64,000 bases of DNA. Source: an uncultured Chthonomonadaceae bacterium. Lineage in GTDB: Bacteria; Armatimonadota; Chthonomonadetes; Chthonomonadales; Chthonomonadaceae. The translations under genes and the position numbers were made by a program. Under the pieces are notes generated by a model. It searched no databases. It was given only the letters and a program-made list of their open reading frames with translations, and was not told where the DNA came from. Below are positions 11,497-22,015 of this stretch, piece after piece. Within the stretch, counting starts at the first letter, position 1; each line of letters starts with the position of its first letter. The stretch spans positions 96,001 to 160,000 of the forward strand of contig CAWFQB010000014.1 in NCBI GenBank assembly GCA_963817895.1, read 5' to 3'.

Positions 11497-12847
11497 ATGT
11501 CGCCCATTCGGGCGTTACGGCTGTGCCTGGCGTTGTGCGCGGTACTGTTGTCCTGCGCGAGTTTCGGGCAGGAGCCGCCGGTGAACACGCCTTCCACTCT
11601 GCCTGTTGCTTCGTCTGTGTCCCTGCCTGCCGATCCCACACTTCTTGCCACCACGAAAATTGAGCCGGGATTTCTGCTGCGCGTGGAGGTGGCGGATGAG
11701 GCGCAGTTGACCGGCGAGTACGATGTGGACGCGCAGGGCGCGATCCATTTCACGCTGGCGGATGAGCAGGGCAAGCACAAAGAAGAGTGGAGCGTGAAGG
11801 TCGGGCAGAAGACAGCGGAGGAAGCGGCGATGCTGGTAGCCGAAAGCCTGAAAGCCTATATACGGCAGCCCAACGTGCATGTGATACTGCTGAAACGCCC
11901 CCGCTTGCATGTGGAAATGGCGGGAACCGGATGCAAACCGGGACTGCTGGAACTGCCGTTGGATGCGCGGCTTTCCGATGTGATGTTCGTTTGCAAGCAG
12001 AACGCTGATTACGCGCATCTGCTGCTTGTTCGAAAACGGCAAGCGGCGACAAAGCAACAACTGCGCCTGCCTCTGCCGTTAAAACCGTTGTTGATAATGG
12101 TGTCGCCAACGAGGGAGAAAACACGCCCGCCACCCGCGCCCTGACCATCAATTTCGAGGATTACCAGCAGGGGCAGAGCGGCGACGATCCCAAACTGGAA
12201 GATGGCGACAAGATTTATATTCAGATGAAGCCGCCGGGAACGCCGGAACACGTGCTGCGCACGGTGCGCGTCGTGGGCGAAGTGGGGCGCGAAGTGGATA
12301 TTCCGCTTGTCGGCAGGCATGACGGTGAAGGACGCGCTGACGCGGGCGGGCGGGCTGAAAGACACGGCGGATCCCAACAACATACGCCTGCATCGGGGCG
12401 AAAGCGGCAAGGATTACGAATTAAGGCGGCGGGCATACAGGGCGAAGACGCGAAAATCAACATGGTGCTGGAGCCGGGAGATTACCTCATCGCGTACAAG
12501 CGCGATTTGAGTATGCGCTGGGGCATTGACGGCGAAGTGATGGCCGCAAACGTCTTCCCCTACGTGCCGGGTTTCAAAATGACGATTACGAAGGCGGTCA
12601 GCATGGCGGGTGGCCTGACCAAAAAAGCGGAACATCACAAGGGTGTCCTGCGCAAAGGCTATCTCATCAATCCCACCAAAACCCGCGACATCATATTTCG
12701 ATTACGACGCCATCAAGAACAAGAAACAGCAGGATTTTGAAGTGGAAGCCGGGTGACGTGGTGGTGATTTTGCAGCGTCAGCACCGCCCGACCATCTGGC
12801 AAAAACTGCTGCCTCTCGCGCTGAAGTTCATTCCATTGCCGATATAA
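11497..12847 (+). CDS. Polysaccharide export protein (Wza-like, Poly_export plus SLBB repeats), frameshifted
   Basis: Signal peptide; IEPGFLLRVEV..LTGEYDVDAQGAI..YIRQPNVHV; SLBB repeats VRVVGEV, MTVKDALTRAGGL, MTITKAVSMAGGL. Confidence 0.7.
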
Positions 12848-13094
12848 TTTCACCACCCGCTGCGCTAGAGACACAGAGACACAGAGAGGAGTAAAGAGAA
12901 GATAGGAGATAGGAGATACGAGATACGAGAGGAGAATAGACAGGATTTTCAGGATTGAACAGGATTATGTTGGAGCGGGAAGGCTTGTGGTTATTCCCTC
13001 TCGTATCTCGTATCTCCTATCTTCTCTTTACTCCTCTCGCATTGGCTTTTCCTCTGTGTCTTTGTGTCTCTAGCGCAGCGGGTGGTGAAATTAT
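12844..13094. repeat. Nested palindromic element (MITE/REP-like), about 250 bp
   Basis: Outer arms ATAATTTCACCACCCGCTGCGCTAGAGACAC / GTGTCTCTAGCGCAGCGGGTGGTGAAATTAT; inner arms built of GAGATAC/GAGATAG heptamers; central ACAGGATT repeat. Confidence 0.85.
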
Positions 13095-13157
13095 TTAGTA
13101 TTTTGAGTTGTCAGTGAGTTATAGATTGGGTTGAAAGTGAAGATTGGAAGAAGAGTG

Positions 13158-15147
13158 ATGAGTGAGACTTATGATGTGTTGGTGATTGGGGCGGGACATG
13201 CGGGCTGCGAGGCGGCATTGGCGGCGGCGCGCATGGGCTGCCGGACGGCAATTTGCCACGCTGAATTTCGAGCGTATCGGGCATTTGCCGTGCAATTGTT
13301 CCATTGGCGGGCCGGCAAAGGGGCATCTGGCGCGGGAAGTGGACGCACTGGGCGGCGAAATGGGCCGGAACACGGACAAGACGCTGACGCACATTCGGTA
13401 TGTCGGCACGGGCAAAGGCCCTGCCGTGCAAACTCTCCGCGCCCATGCCGACAAGGAATTGTACCCGCAGGAGATGCGCCGCGTCCTGGAAACCACGCCG
13501 AACCTGACGATGCTGCAAGTGGCCGTGGAAGACCTTCTGACAAAGGATGAAGGCGGAAGGATGAAGGATGAAGACAATATAAATACATCCCTCATCCCTC
13601 ATCCTTCCGCCTTTGTCGCCGGTGTTCGTCTTGCGGATGGAACGGAGATTACGGCGAAAACTGTAGTGGTGACGACGGGGACGTTTTTGAACGGGCTGAT
13701 GCACTGCGGGGAAACGCAGACGGCGGGGGGGCGGCGTGGGGGAAGCGCACAGCGTCGGATTGTCGGGGGCGTTGCAGCGGTTGGGGTTCCGGTTGGGGCG
13801 GTTCAAGACGGGAACGACGCCGCGCATCAATCGGCGCACGGTTGATTTTGCGCGGACAGATGCGAGCAGAACGTCGGAAGATTGCCCGCCGTTTTCGTTT
13901 TTGAATGAAACGCTGAATCCCGCCGCGTCCGCTTCTGTCCGTGCTGGCAGACGCAGACGAACTACGCATACGCATGACATTATTCGCGCCAATCTGGAAC
14001 GGTCGGCGATGTATGGCGGGCGGATTGTGGGATCTGGGCCGCGCTATTGTCCAAGTATTGAGGATAAGGTAGTACGGTTTGCGGATAAGGACTCGCATCC
14101 CGTGTTTCTGGAGCAGGAGACGTGGGACGGCGACTCGATGTATGTGCAGGGCATGAGTACCAGTATGCCCGCCGACGTGCAGATCGCATTTTTGCGGACG
14201 TGCCCGGATTGGAGCAGGTAGAGATGCTGCGGCCTGGCTATGCGGTCGAGTACGACATGGTGTATCCTGACCAACTGCATCCCACGCTGGAAACCAAAAC
14301 GGTGCGCGGGCTGTTTCTGGCCGGGCAGATCAACGGCACGAGCGGCTACGAGGAGGCGGCGGCGCAGGGCATCGTGGCGGGCATCAACGCGGGTCTGCAG
14401 GCGCAGGAACGCCCGCCGCTGATTTTGGAACGGCAGGGCAGTTACATCGGCGTGTTGATAGATGATCTGGTGACAAAGGGCGTGATGGACCCGTACCGGA
14501 TGCTGACCTCGCGGGCAGAGTACCGTCTGCTGCTGCGGCACGACAACGCGGATATGCGCCTGACGCCGATTGGACGCGAGGCGGGCGTAGTGACGGACGA
14601 GCGTTGGGAGCGGTTTGAAGATAAGCGGGAAGCCATCGAGGGGGAGCGGAAGCGGTTCGCGTCTACATTCGTGTGGCCCCGGCACAGCGCGCGGCTGGAA
14701 GCGATTGGCACAAGCGGCATCGGCGAAAACAAGATAGCTCTGCTGACACTGCTGAAGCGGCCTGAACTGACGTATTCGACCCTGTCGCAACTGGCGCGGG
14801 AACTCGACCCGGACAATATACCCGGCGAGAATGTGACCAGAGCGGTTGGCGAACAGGTGGAATTACAGGTCAAATACGAGGGTTACATTCATCGGCAGGG
14901 GATGCAGGCGGAGCAGGCGATCAAAAATGGAGTCGGTAGAGATTCCCGAAGATATGGACTACGCGGTTTTGCAACTCCACTTTCTCATGAGGGACGGGAA
15001 AAATTGGGCAAAATCCGTCCGCGTTCACTGGGGCAGGCGGGGCGTATTCCCGGCCTGCGTCCCGGCGACATTCAGGTGCTCTACATCCATCTGGAACAGC
15101 GACGGCGCGGCAGCAAAACGCCGGGAGTAGTTGCCGCCGCGTCCTGA
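13158..15147 (+). CDS. mnmG: tRNA uridine 5-carboxymethylaminomethyl modification enzyme MnmG (GidA), frameshifted
   Basis: [88 protein letters not shown]. Confidence 0.95.
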
Positions 15148-15309
15148 CAACGCCGATAGAACGACGAAAAGCCATACAGGAAAACCGCCATGCGTTACCG
15201 AACAGGAGCGCATGGCGGATTTGTTTCCGGTTTATGGGATGCGCGATGAGTTGTCGGAATAGCAGGGGGCTAAAGATTGAAAAAACCGGTTGTGACAAAG
15301 GAGAAAACA

Positions 15310-15687
15310 GTGTCTGATTCCACAGAAGTAGAAACGTTCGAGTGTCGGCACATGGCGAAAGCCAAATTTCATGATGTCAATCTGGGCGGCGCGTCCTTCG
15401 ACAATGTGACGCTGGCAGGCGCGATTTTCCACGACATCAACTTCAGCGATGTGTCGTTTTCCGCCGCGCAAATGGGCGGCACAACATTCCGACACATAGG
15501 CCTGCCGCGTGGCGAGGACGGCGTTCAGCGCGGAGTGGCCTTTGAAAGCGCGGAACTGATCGGCTCGGCGTTTGTGGATTGCAATCTGCGCGACGTGAAG
15601 ATTGAAAACTGCGAGATTGCCGGCATGACCATTGACGGCATTGTGGTGGCCGATCTGCTTGCCGCCTACAAAAACCGCGAGTTGTAA
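15310..15687 (+). CDS. Pentapeptide repeat protein
   Basis: AKFHD VNLGG ASFDN VTLAG AIFHD periodicity; GMTIDGI C-terminal motif; AAGGAG before GTG. Confidence 0.85.
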   Translation: MSDSTEVETFECRHMAKAKFHDVNLGGASFDNVTLAGAIFHDINFSDVSFSAAQMGGTTFRHIGLPRGEDGVQRGVAFESAELIGSAFVDCNLRDVKIENCEIAGMTIDGIVVADLLAAYKNREL

Positions 15688-15789
15688 TATAGCAGCCACA
15701 CTGTTCGGAGAGGATTGCAGGGGCGTGATTCATCACGCCCGCCATTTAGCATATCATGACAGATATTTGCCTGTACTATCCTCGCGTCG

Positions 15790-16635
15790 CTATATCTGAA
15801 ACAGTTCCGCATCGCGCTGAAGATGGCCGCGTAGCCGCAGCATGGCCTGCGTGTGTAACTGATAAACGCGCGACGTGGAAATGGTTAAAATGTTTCCTAT
15901 CTCATGAAACGTCAAGCCCTCGTAATAGTACAGGGCTATAATTTGCCGCTCACGATCCGGCAGGCGATCAATCGCTTCGGCCAGCAATCGCTGTCGTTCG
16001 CGCAACTCGGCTGCTAACGTGGGAGTGATGCCGTCGTCGTAAATTACTTCGGATCGCTGCCGGTTTTCGTCGCTCTCCCCGCCCGTCAGCACATCTTCCA
16101 GCGACACGAAGTAGGTTCGCCCCGCATCAAATAGCAGCTTTTGAAACTCTTCCGGGCTGATATTCATTGCCGCCGCTATCTCGTCATCACTCGCCGGACG
16201 ACCCAGTTCCATTTCCAGTTGCCTGTACGTCCATTGAAGCTGTCCAATACGTCCGCGCCTACTGCGGGGAACCCAATCCTCTTCGCGCAACATTTCCAAT
16301 ATAGCGCCGCGAATTAGACCAATGGCGTAGGTCTCAAATTTTACCTGACGGGATGAGTCGTACCGATCTACGGCTTTGATCAGGCCCGAGATGCCTGCGC
16401 TCACAAGGTCGTCGTGTTCCAGAGAGGGAGGCAAAGCGCCAATCACGCGCCCTGCCGTTATTTTCACGAGATAAGCGTAACGCTCGATGAACTTGTCGCG
16501 CGTCTTCCTGTCGACGCTAGGAAAATAAGAGGGCGGGTTATCCACCGTATAGGTCGGTATTAACTCCAATGGTTCAATTCCCGGGTGGCGCGCTTCCTCA
16601 GTCCACTCCGGCAACTCTGTCAAAGATTTATCCAT
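15790..16635 (-). CDS. FliA/WhiG family (sigma-28) RNA polymerase sigma factor
   Basis: DDLVSAGISGLIKAVDRYD..KFETYA..IRGAILEMLREEDWVPRS; region 4 LYYYEGLTFHEIG..SRVYQLH. Confidence 0.9.
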   Translation of the reverse strand: MDKSLTELPEWTEEARHPGIEPLELIPTYTVDNPPSYFPSVDRKTRDKFIERYAYLVKITAGRVIGALPPSLEHDDLVSAGISGLIKAVDRYDSSRQVKFETYAIGLIRGAILEMLREEDWVPRSRRGRIGQLQWTYRQLEMELGRPASDDEIAAAMNISPEEFQKLLFDAGRTYFVSLEDVLTGGESDENRQRSEVIYDDGITPTLAAELRERQRLLAEAIDRLPDRERQIIALYYYEGLTFHEIGNILTISTSRVYQLHTQAMLRLRGHLQRDAELFQI

Positions 16636-17006
16636 TCCGGTTCTCCTCGTCAGTGGTCTTCATAAGATATAGAACAATTCGCCTACTTCTAACTACCTCA
16701 TATTAGTTATACCGGTATAATTGCTTGAACTGTACGTCACCATTGGATCTTTTTGAAAGTATTTTCAGATATTTTTGAATAATGTCCTAAAACAAGAAAG
16801 AGGAGCGATATGGAGGTAATGACAAATGTTTGTCAAATTCGTTCACTTTAGCCGCAGTAATTTCTGTCTTTATCGCTTGCGCTTTGTTGTTCGATAGAAT
16901 AGGGGCAACACGTTCCTGGTTGAAACTTTGTCCGCGCTGCCACTGTCAGCGAATATGGAAATTCAGTATTAGAAGCCGTGTGCAATATAGAGTTGGAAGC
17001 AAGGCA

Positions 17007-18704
17007 ATGGGCAAGCGAAGCAGCAAACAAAAACTATACGTGACTTCAACAACCGGACTGTCGCAGTCCCTGTACAAACGTCATCTGGCGGCATTGGGTC
17101 TGACGGATACGGCGGCCTACCGAACATGGTGTCTGGAACACGGCTTCGGGCAGGGACGCAATAAGAGTTGGAAACGGCGGCAGGAGGAACGACGTTGCGC
17201 GCAAAAAGCCGAGCAACGGGAGGGTCTGCTTTGCATCCTAAATCGCCACATTCGCCATCTTGGCATGGAAACGATTGGGGAGTATGAGGATTGGTGTAAA
17301 TCGCATGGGGTCAGCGTAACCGGCAATAAAACCGCATCGCGTCGCAGGCAAGAGGCGGCTATCGCGCAGCATGAGCGGGCGGATGCAACCCTGCAAGTTC
17401 TGCGGCCTGAACAGCGCGGTTTCGATTACTGGCTGACGGCGATCTTTGAAGATACCGTAGAGCAGAATCTGCTGCCCACGCTGATTTTGCAGCTGATATA
17501 CAGCGTGGTTCGGGCGGAGAATAACCTGCAAACACGCAAAATACTGCGTCGCTTTCTCAGCGCAATTGGCGCAAAGAGCCGTCTGCTGCAAACGGAAGGC
17601 GGCTTGCCATCGCTGCCGGAGGATTGGCACAATACCTATGTGTACGCTCTCTCCGCGCTTGCTCGCTGCCATTCCCAATGGCTTCGCTGCGTGGAGGATT
17701 GGCAGGTGAAGGGACATACCTGTCGGGCGCAGTTCCACAGCCTTGCGCGGCATCTGCTGGCGGAATACGACGTTCCCGCGTTCATGGACCGGGCATGGTT
17801 CGAGGCCGAGCGGGAATTGGCGGAAGGGCATCAACAATGGTTCATAGCCATCGGCAAGGGGCGAAGCGTTCGCGCGCTGAACTTGCCCATTGAACTGACG
17901 CGACTGGCCTCACACTATTTTCTGAAAGCGCCCGCCGATTATAGTTTTGAAGCCGCGATGCGCTGGGGACAGGCGCGCTGGGCAGGCGGGAACGAGCGAC
18001 TGGCGCGGGCAGTGGCGAGTTCGCTGCTGCGCGATATTCAGGCGGACGAGCCATTCTGGAATGAGGTTGTTCTCTGGTTTGTCAACCACACGGAATTGCC
18101 AACCCATCAGGTTGGCCCGATTGCCGATTATATCTTCAACGTGAAATTCATGCCGCGTACAGAGTGGCTGCCGAACGGTGATCTGGAAGAATTGCTGCCA
18201 CTCGAACCGGATTTTACAATGAAAGGTCGAACGCCCGCCGCATTGTTGCGCAAAATGGAGGAGTGGCATCTCGCATTGGCGCGGGAAAACAAGCGTCCGG
18301 CAAAAGTGTGGAACCCGCTGGAAGTCATGCCGTTTGCCGCTGAACAGGCGTCGCCGGAACAGGACGCCATCTGGCAGTGGACGATTCGCGAACTGGTCAG
18401 CGATCAGGAACTTACGGCGGAAGGCCGCGCCATGAGCAACTGTGTCGCCAGTTATGTGGATTCGTGCGTAACGGGCAAAAGCAGCATCTGGTCGCTGCGT
18501 CTGGAAACCCCGGAATGGCCGGAAGCGCGGCGCATTATGACTATAGAAGTGGACCCGGAAACGAAAACGATTGTGCAGGCGCGGGGCAAGTGCAACGTCG
18601 TACCCGGTTCCAAATCCTGCCCGAAGCGTCTGAAACTCGCGCCCAATCTGCTCCGGCAGTGGGCCGCGCGCTCCGGCCTGCGCCTTGACCCGGATGCGTG
18701 GTAA
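17007..18704 (+). CDS. PcfJ-like domain protein
   Basis: C-terminal ELTAEGRAMSNCVASY..SIWSLR..MTIEV..IVQARGKCN; duplicated N-terminal Y..WC..HG motif. Confidence 0.7.
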   Translation: MGKRSSKQKLYVTSTTGLSQSLYKRHLAALGLTDTAAYRTWCLEHGFGQGRNKSWKRRQEERRCAQKAEQREGLLCILNRHIRHLGMETIGEYEDWCKSHGVSVTGNKTASRRRQEAAIAQHERADATLQVLRPEQRGFDYWLTAIFEDTVEQNLLPTLILQLIYSVVRAENNLQTRKILRRFLSAIGAKSRLLQTEGGLPSLPEDWHNTYVYALSALARCHSQWLRCVEDWQVKGHTCRAQFHSLARHLLAEYDVPAFMDRAWFEAERELAEGHQQWFIAIGKGRSVRALNLPIELTRLASHYFLKAPADYSFEAAMRWGQARWAGGNERLARAVASSLLRDIQADEPFWNEVVLWFVNHTELPTHQVGPIADYIFNVKFMPRTEWLPNGDLEELLPLEPDFTMKGRTPAALLRKMEEWHLALARENKRPAKVWNPLEVMPFAAEQASPEQDAIWQWTIRELVSDQELTAEGRAMSNCVASYVDSCVTGKSSIWSLRLETPEWPEARRIMTIEVDPETKTIVQARGKCNVVPGSKSCPKRLKLAPNLLRQWAARSGLRLDPDAW

Positions 18705-18710
18705 ATGCTT

Positions 18711-18877
18711 TAGACAGGATTAACAGGATTTTCAGGATTGACAGGATTACTTTGCAGGTATCCAGAACACGGCTGATAATCTTATGTTGATATGCTATTT
18801 AGCGGACAACACCGAATTGTAGTTTGGTTTCTCTGGCAGAAATCCTGTTAATCCTGAAAATCCTGTTAATCCTGTCT
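18711..18877. repeat. Palindromic ACAGGATT/AATCCTGT repeat element between convergent genes
   Basis: AGACAGGATTAACAGGATTTTCAGGATT..ACAGGATT inverted at AATCCTGTTAATCCTGAAAATCCTGTTAATCCTGTCT. Confidence 0.8.
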
Positions 18878-19348
18878 ATTTTCCTCTTGTGTGGGTGAGA
18901 AGAGGGCATAAAGGTTGTCCGGCAGGGCGCGGGGGCGTTTGTCGGGGCCGATAACGATCTGGTAGGTTTCCCCGGTGGCGAGAGTGGCCTCGCCCCGCGT
19001 AACCGTGTACCCCATGCGTAGGGTACGGCGTTTAGCGGCGATCACGTAGGTCGTTACCGTGATTTCCTCATCATAACGGGCAGGGGCAATGTACCGGCAA
19101 TGCGCTTCCACAATCGGCAGGAAATAGCCCTGCTGTTCCATTTGCGTGTAGTCCACGCCGCGCACCCGGCAAAACTCGCTTCGCGCCGCTTCAAACCAGA
19201 CAAGATAGTGCGCGTGATGCGCCACCTGCATCTGGTCCGTCTCGAAATAACGAACGCGGATAGTAATGGATGCGGAGTTGGAAATTTCTGGCATAATCTG
19301 CTCTCTTGAAGGCAAGTCGCAGCCTGCTTCTGCCTCTTTGTAATTCAT
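18866..19348 (-). CDS. Acyl-CoA thioesterase (YbgC/4HBT family); alternative start 19294
   Basis: IRVRYFETDQMQVAHHAHYLVWFEAAR, LPIVEAHCRYIAPARYDE. Confidence 0.88.
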   Translation of the reverse strand: MNYKEAEAGCDLPSREQIMPEISNSASITIRVRYFETDQMQVAHHAHYLVWFEAARSEFCRVRGVDYTQMEQQGYFLPIVEAHCRYIAPARYDEEITVTTYVIAAKRRTLRMGYTVTRGEATLATGETYQIVIGPDKRPRALPDNLYALFSPTQEENRQD

Positions 19349-19361
19349 TCAAAGTTGTTAC

Positions 19362-20291
19362 TCAATCCGTATGAAACCGGTTCCGGGCTTTCAATAGCAT
19401 GTTGCGCCATGTGTCGGCAGCTCTGCTGATGAAAGAGAATCTTTGTAAACGCGCTTCCCCGTTGGATGTGGAACCGCGCAGGAGTGTATCGCCATTGTCC
19501 TGTTGTGTGTTTTCGGAGGCCATGCGCAGCAGTTGGGCGCTTGCGGCGGGATCGGAAAACTGGCTGGCGCGTCCGAGGGACAGGTATTCTAAGACGCGCT
19601 TTGCGCCCTGACACACCTCCGGCGCTTCGGCGGGCGTGGATACGGCCAATTCGCACAGGCGGCGGGCGGTGGGGTAGCGGCGGGACGCGAAAAACCCCAT
19701 TGGGCGTTCGGCTTCCAGCATTTCCAGAACGTTCCAGACCTGCGCGGGAGATAGCAGGTTGTCGGAAAGCAGATAGCGGGCCACATCCAGATTTTGCTGA
19801 TAGTGCAGGCTTTTCAGCGTCAGCATCGCGCACTGCTGCGTTTTTGCGCTGCGATGGGAACTGAATTCCAGACATAACGGGCTTGCGGCAGACAATTGCA
19901 TGGCAATCAGCGCGGCTACGTAACGGTTAAGTTCGCGCGGCTTGTCCCGATGTGCCGCCTCCACGATTAGTTCAACAGCGCGTGTTGTTGTTTCCGCATG
20001 ATGTTTGCCTATTTGTCCGATAGCCCACGCCGCTTCGCCGCGCAGTCCCTCGCGTTTCTCTTTCAAGGTTTCCTGCAAGGGCTGAAGCGCGTCAGGGTGG
20101 TGTAGGTTCCCCAACGCGAACACGGCGGCCTTGCGAACGTAAATATCCTCATCGCGCAGGGCAAGGCACAGTGGCTGCACGGCGCGTACATCCCCCTTTT
20201 CACCCAGTTTACGCGCCGCCCGCCGCCGAACCTCCACATCCGCGCGCGCTAACTCCCCGATGCGTTTGGAGATAGTGTTATACTTTGCCAT
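19362..20291 (-). CDS. HEAT repeat protein
   Basis: VRRRAARKLGEKGD, VRKAAVFALGNL, LRGEAAWAIGQI repeats; C-terminal LLR motifs. Confidence 0.8.
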   Translation of the reverse strand: MAKYNTISKRIGELARADVEVRRRAARKLGEKGDVRAVQPLCLALRDEDIYVRKAAVFALGNLHHPDALQPLQETLKEKREGLRGEAAWAIGQIGKHHAETTTRAVELIVEAAHRDKPRELNRYVAALIAMQLSAASPLCLEFSSHRSAKTQQCAMLTLKSLHYQQNLDVARYLLSDNLLSPAQVWNVLEMLEAERPMGFFASRRYPTARRLCELAVSTPAEAPEVCQGAKRVLEYLSLGRASQFSDPAASAQLLRMASENTQQDNGDTLLRGSTSNGEARLQRFSFISRAADTWRNMLLKARNRFHTD

Positions 20292-21735
20292 GTGGTTTCC
20301 ATATGTGCCAGAGTTCGCGGATACCGTAAGCGGTCAAAATCAGCAAAATGGGATACAAAGGCATGGAGTAGCGGGCAAAGGAGAGGAATACCGCGTATAT
20401 AATGTTGAAATAAAGGATGGTACACACGATGACGAACACGCCCGGATGCGCGGCGCGGGCGCGTAGCCAGCCGAACAGAGCGAAACTCAGCGTCACCAAT
20501 GCGATTGCGCCCACAAGCAGCGATTTTGTCCGGGTTTCCACGATGTACCAGAAGGTCGCCAGTTGGATGATGAATTTGCGGACGAAGCGGCCCGGTTGTT
20601 GAGTCAGGCCGCGCTTCATCTCCGCGCTCTCGATGGCCTCCTTACGCAATTCGTAATCTACATACGTCAGAGCGGGAATAGCGGGATCGGGGGTTCCGCT
20701 CCGCTCCATAGCCGCGTAATCCAGCCCATGCGGTTTTATCAGGTCGGCCTCGTAACCGCTGGCTTCCTGTTCCCATGACAGGCGCGTCGGATCGGACCCG
20801 CCAAAATCCTGCCGCAATAGATAAAACTTCGGCTGTACATTGTAATACCCGCGCAGGAACTCGGCTGGCCCGTTGCTGTTGATGTTAATAAACCGTCCTG
20901 ACGATACGCGGTAGTTACGAACGGCCCAGGGCAGCAGGCACAGGGCATAAACCACCATCACCAGCAAAGTGGATGTTCGGAATGATAACTGTTGAGGAGG
21001 ACTTAACCCCTTTTCTGAGGAATTCTGAACTTGTGCCTTCCTGGAACTCTCACGAGTGACCATATAGGCCATCACCGCAAGGAATACCAGTGGATACAGC
21101 AGCGTGACGGATTTTGTCAGGGTTGCCAGAGCGCAGGTCAGGGCAAACAGGATGCAGTTGCGTGGGGTTGGACGCTGATAGAGGTTGTATCCGGTGAGCG
21201 CCATCAGGGTTATCAGCAGCGACATCAGTGTTTCCACTTCTACCGAGCCGACGTAGCGCATCACCATTGGGCTGACAACACACAACGCGCCCGCAAGCAG
21301 ACCGACGCGCGGGCTGAAAAGTTTGCGCCCCAGTGTCCAGACGGCAAGGCAGTTACAGCCGACAAGCAGGCATTGCGCCACCAGTACAGGGCGGTAGAAG
21401 AGGCGTTCCGGTAAATTCGGGTCCGGGTTGTGCTGAAACAAGCGCAGCAACAGGGCAACAAAGTAGGGGTAGAGGGGCGCGCGGCGCAGGGTGGGGCCAC
21501 TGCCCTGCGAAAAGCCTTCGCCCCGGAAAATGTACCGGGCTAATCCCCCGTAGCCGTTGACATCCAGATTGGCCTCGATCATGCCCTGCCGGGGATAAAT
21601 GACGAACGCGAACAGCGCGGCAACGGCGCACCCGGCCAGAAACACGCCCAACCCAACCCATTGAAACGATTTTGGATTGGCGGAATCATCGGGAGAAGCA
21701 TTCGGGTGAGACAGCAATGTTGAGTTTGTAGTCAC
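20278..21735 (-). CDS. ArnT/PMT-like (GT39/GT83) membrane glycosyltransferase
   Basis: Multiple TM helices; RAPLYPYF, ETL, ALATLTKS, PWAVRNY, ARYSMPLYP. Confidence 0.75.
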   Translation of the reverse strand: MTTNSTLLSHPNASPDDSANPKSFQWVGLGVFLAGCAVAALFAFVIYPRQGMIEANLDVNGYGGLARYIFRGEGFSQGSGPTLRRAPLYPYFVALLLRLFQHNPDPNLPERLFYRPVLVAQCLLVGCNCLAVWTLGRKLFSPRVGLLAGALCVVSPMVMRYVGSVEVETLMSLLITLMALTGYNLYQRPTPRNCILFALTCALATLTKSVTLLYPLVFLAVMAYMVTRESSRKAQVQNSSEKGLSPPQQLSFRTSTLLVMVVYALCLLPWAVRNYRVSSGRFININSNGPAEFLRGYYNVQPKFYLLRQDFGGSDPTRLSWEQEASGYEADLIKPHGLDYAAMERSGTPDPAIPALTYVDYELRKEAIESAEMKRGLTQQPGRFVRKFIIQLATFWYIVETRTKSLLVGAIALVTLSFALFGWLRARAAHPGVFVIVCTILYFNIIYAVFLSFARYSMPLYPILLILTAYGIRELWHIWKPHGKV

Positions 21736-22015
21736 AGGCTTTTCCTGAACAGCGCGTAAGTTTACCGATAATACAAGGCAATCCTCATCAACCGTATCTT
21801 ACCCTATGCGCGTGAAGAGTACAAGCCGTTATTGTTCCTGTGCTGGCGCAAAGCAGGGACTGCTCTAAAGAATAGGCAGCCTGTGGACAGGCGTATTGTC
21901 ATTCAAGAAACTTCTCTCAGAAGCAGCGCGTAGAAAACGTTAATTCTACGCTGTGATAGCATGTATTGACAACCGAACTTATCAAGGGATGTTCCCTTTT
22001 TGCAAGGAGATGTGA

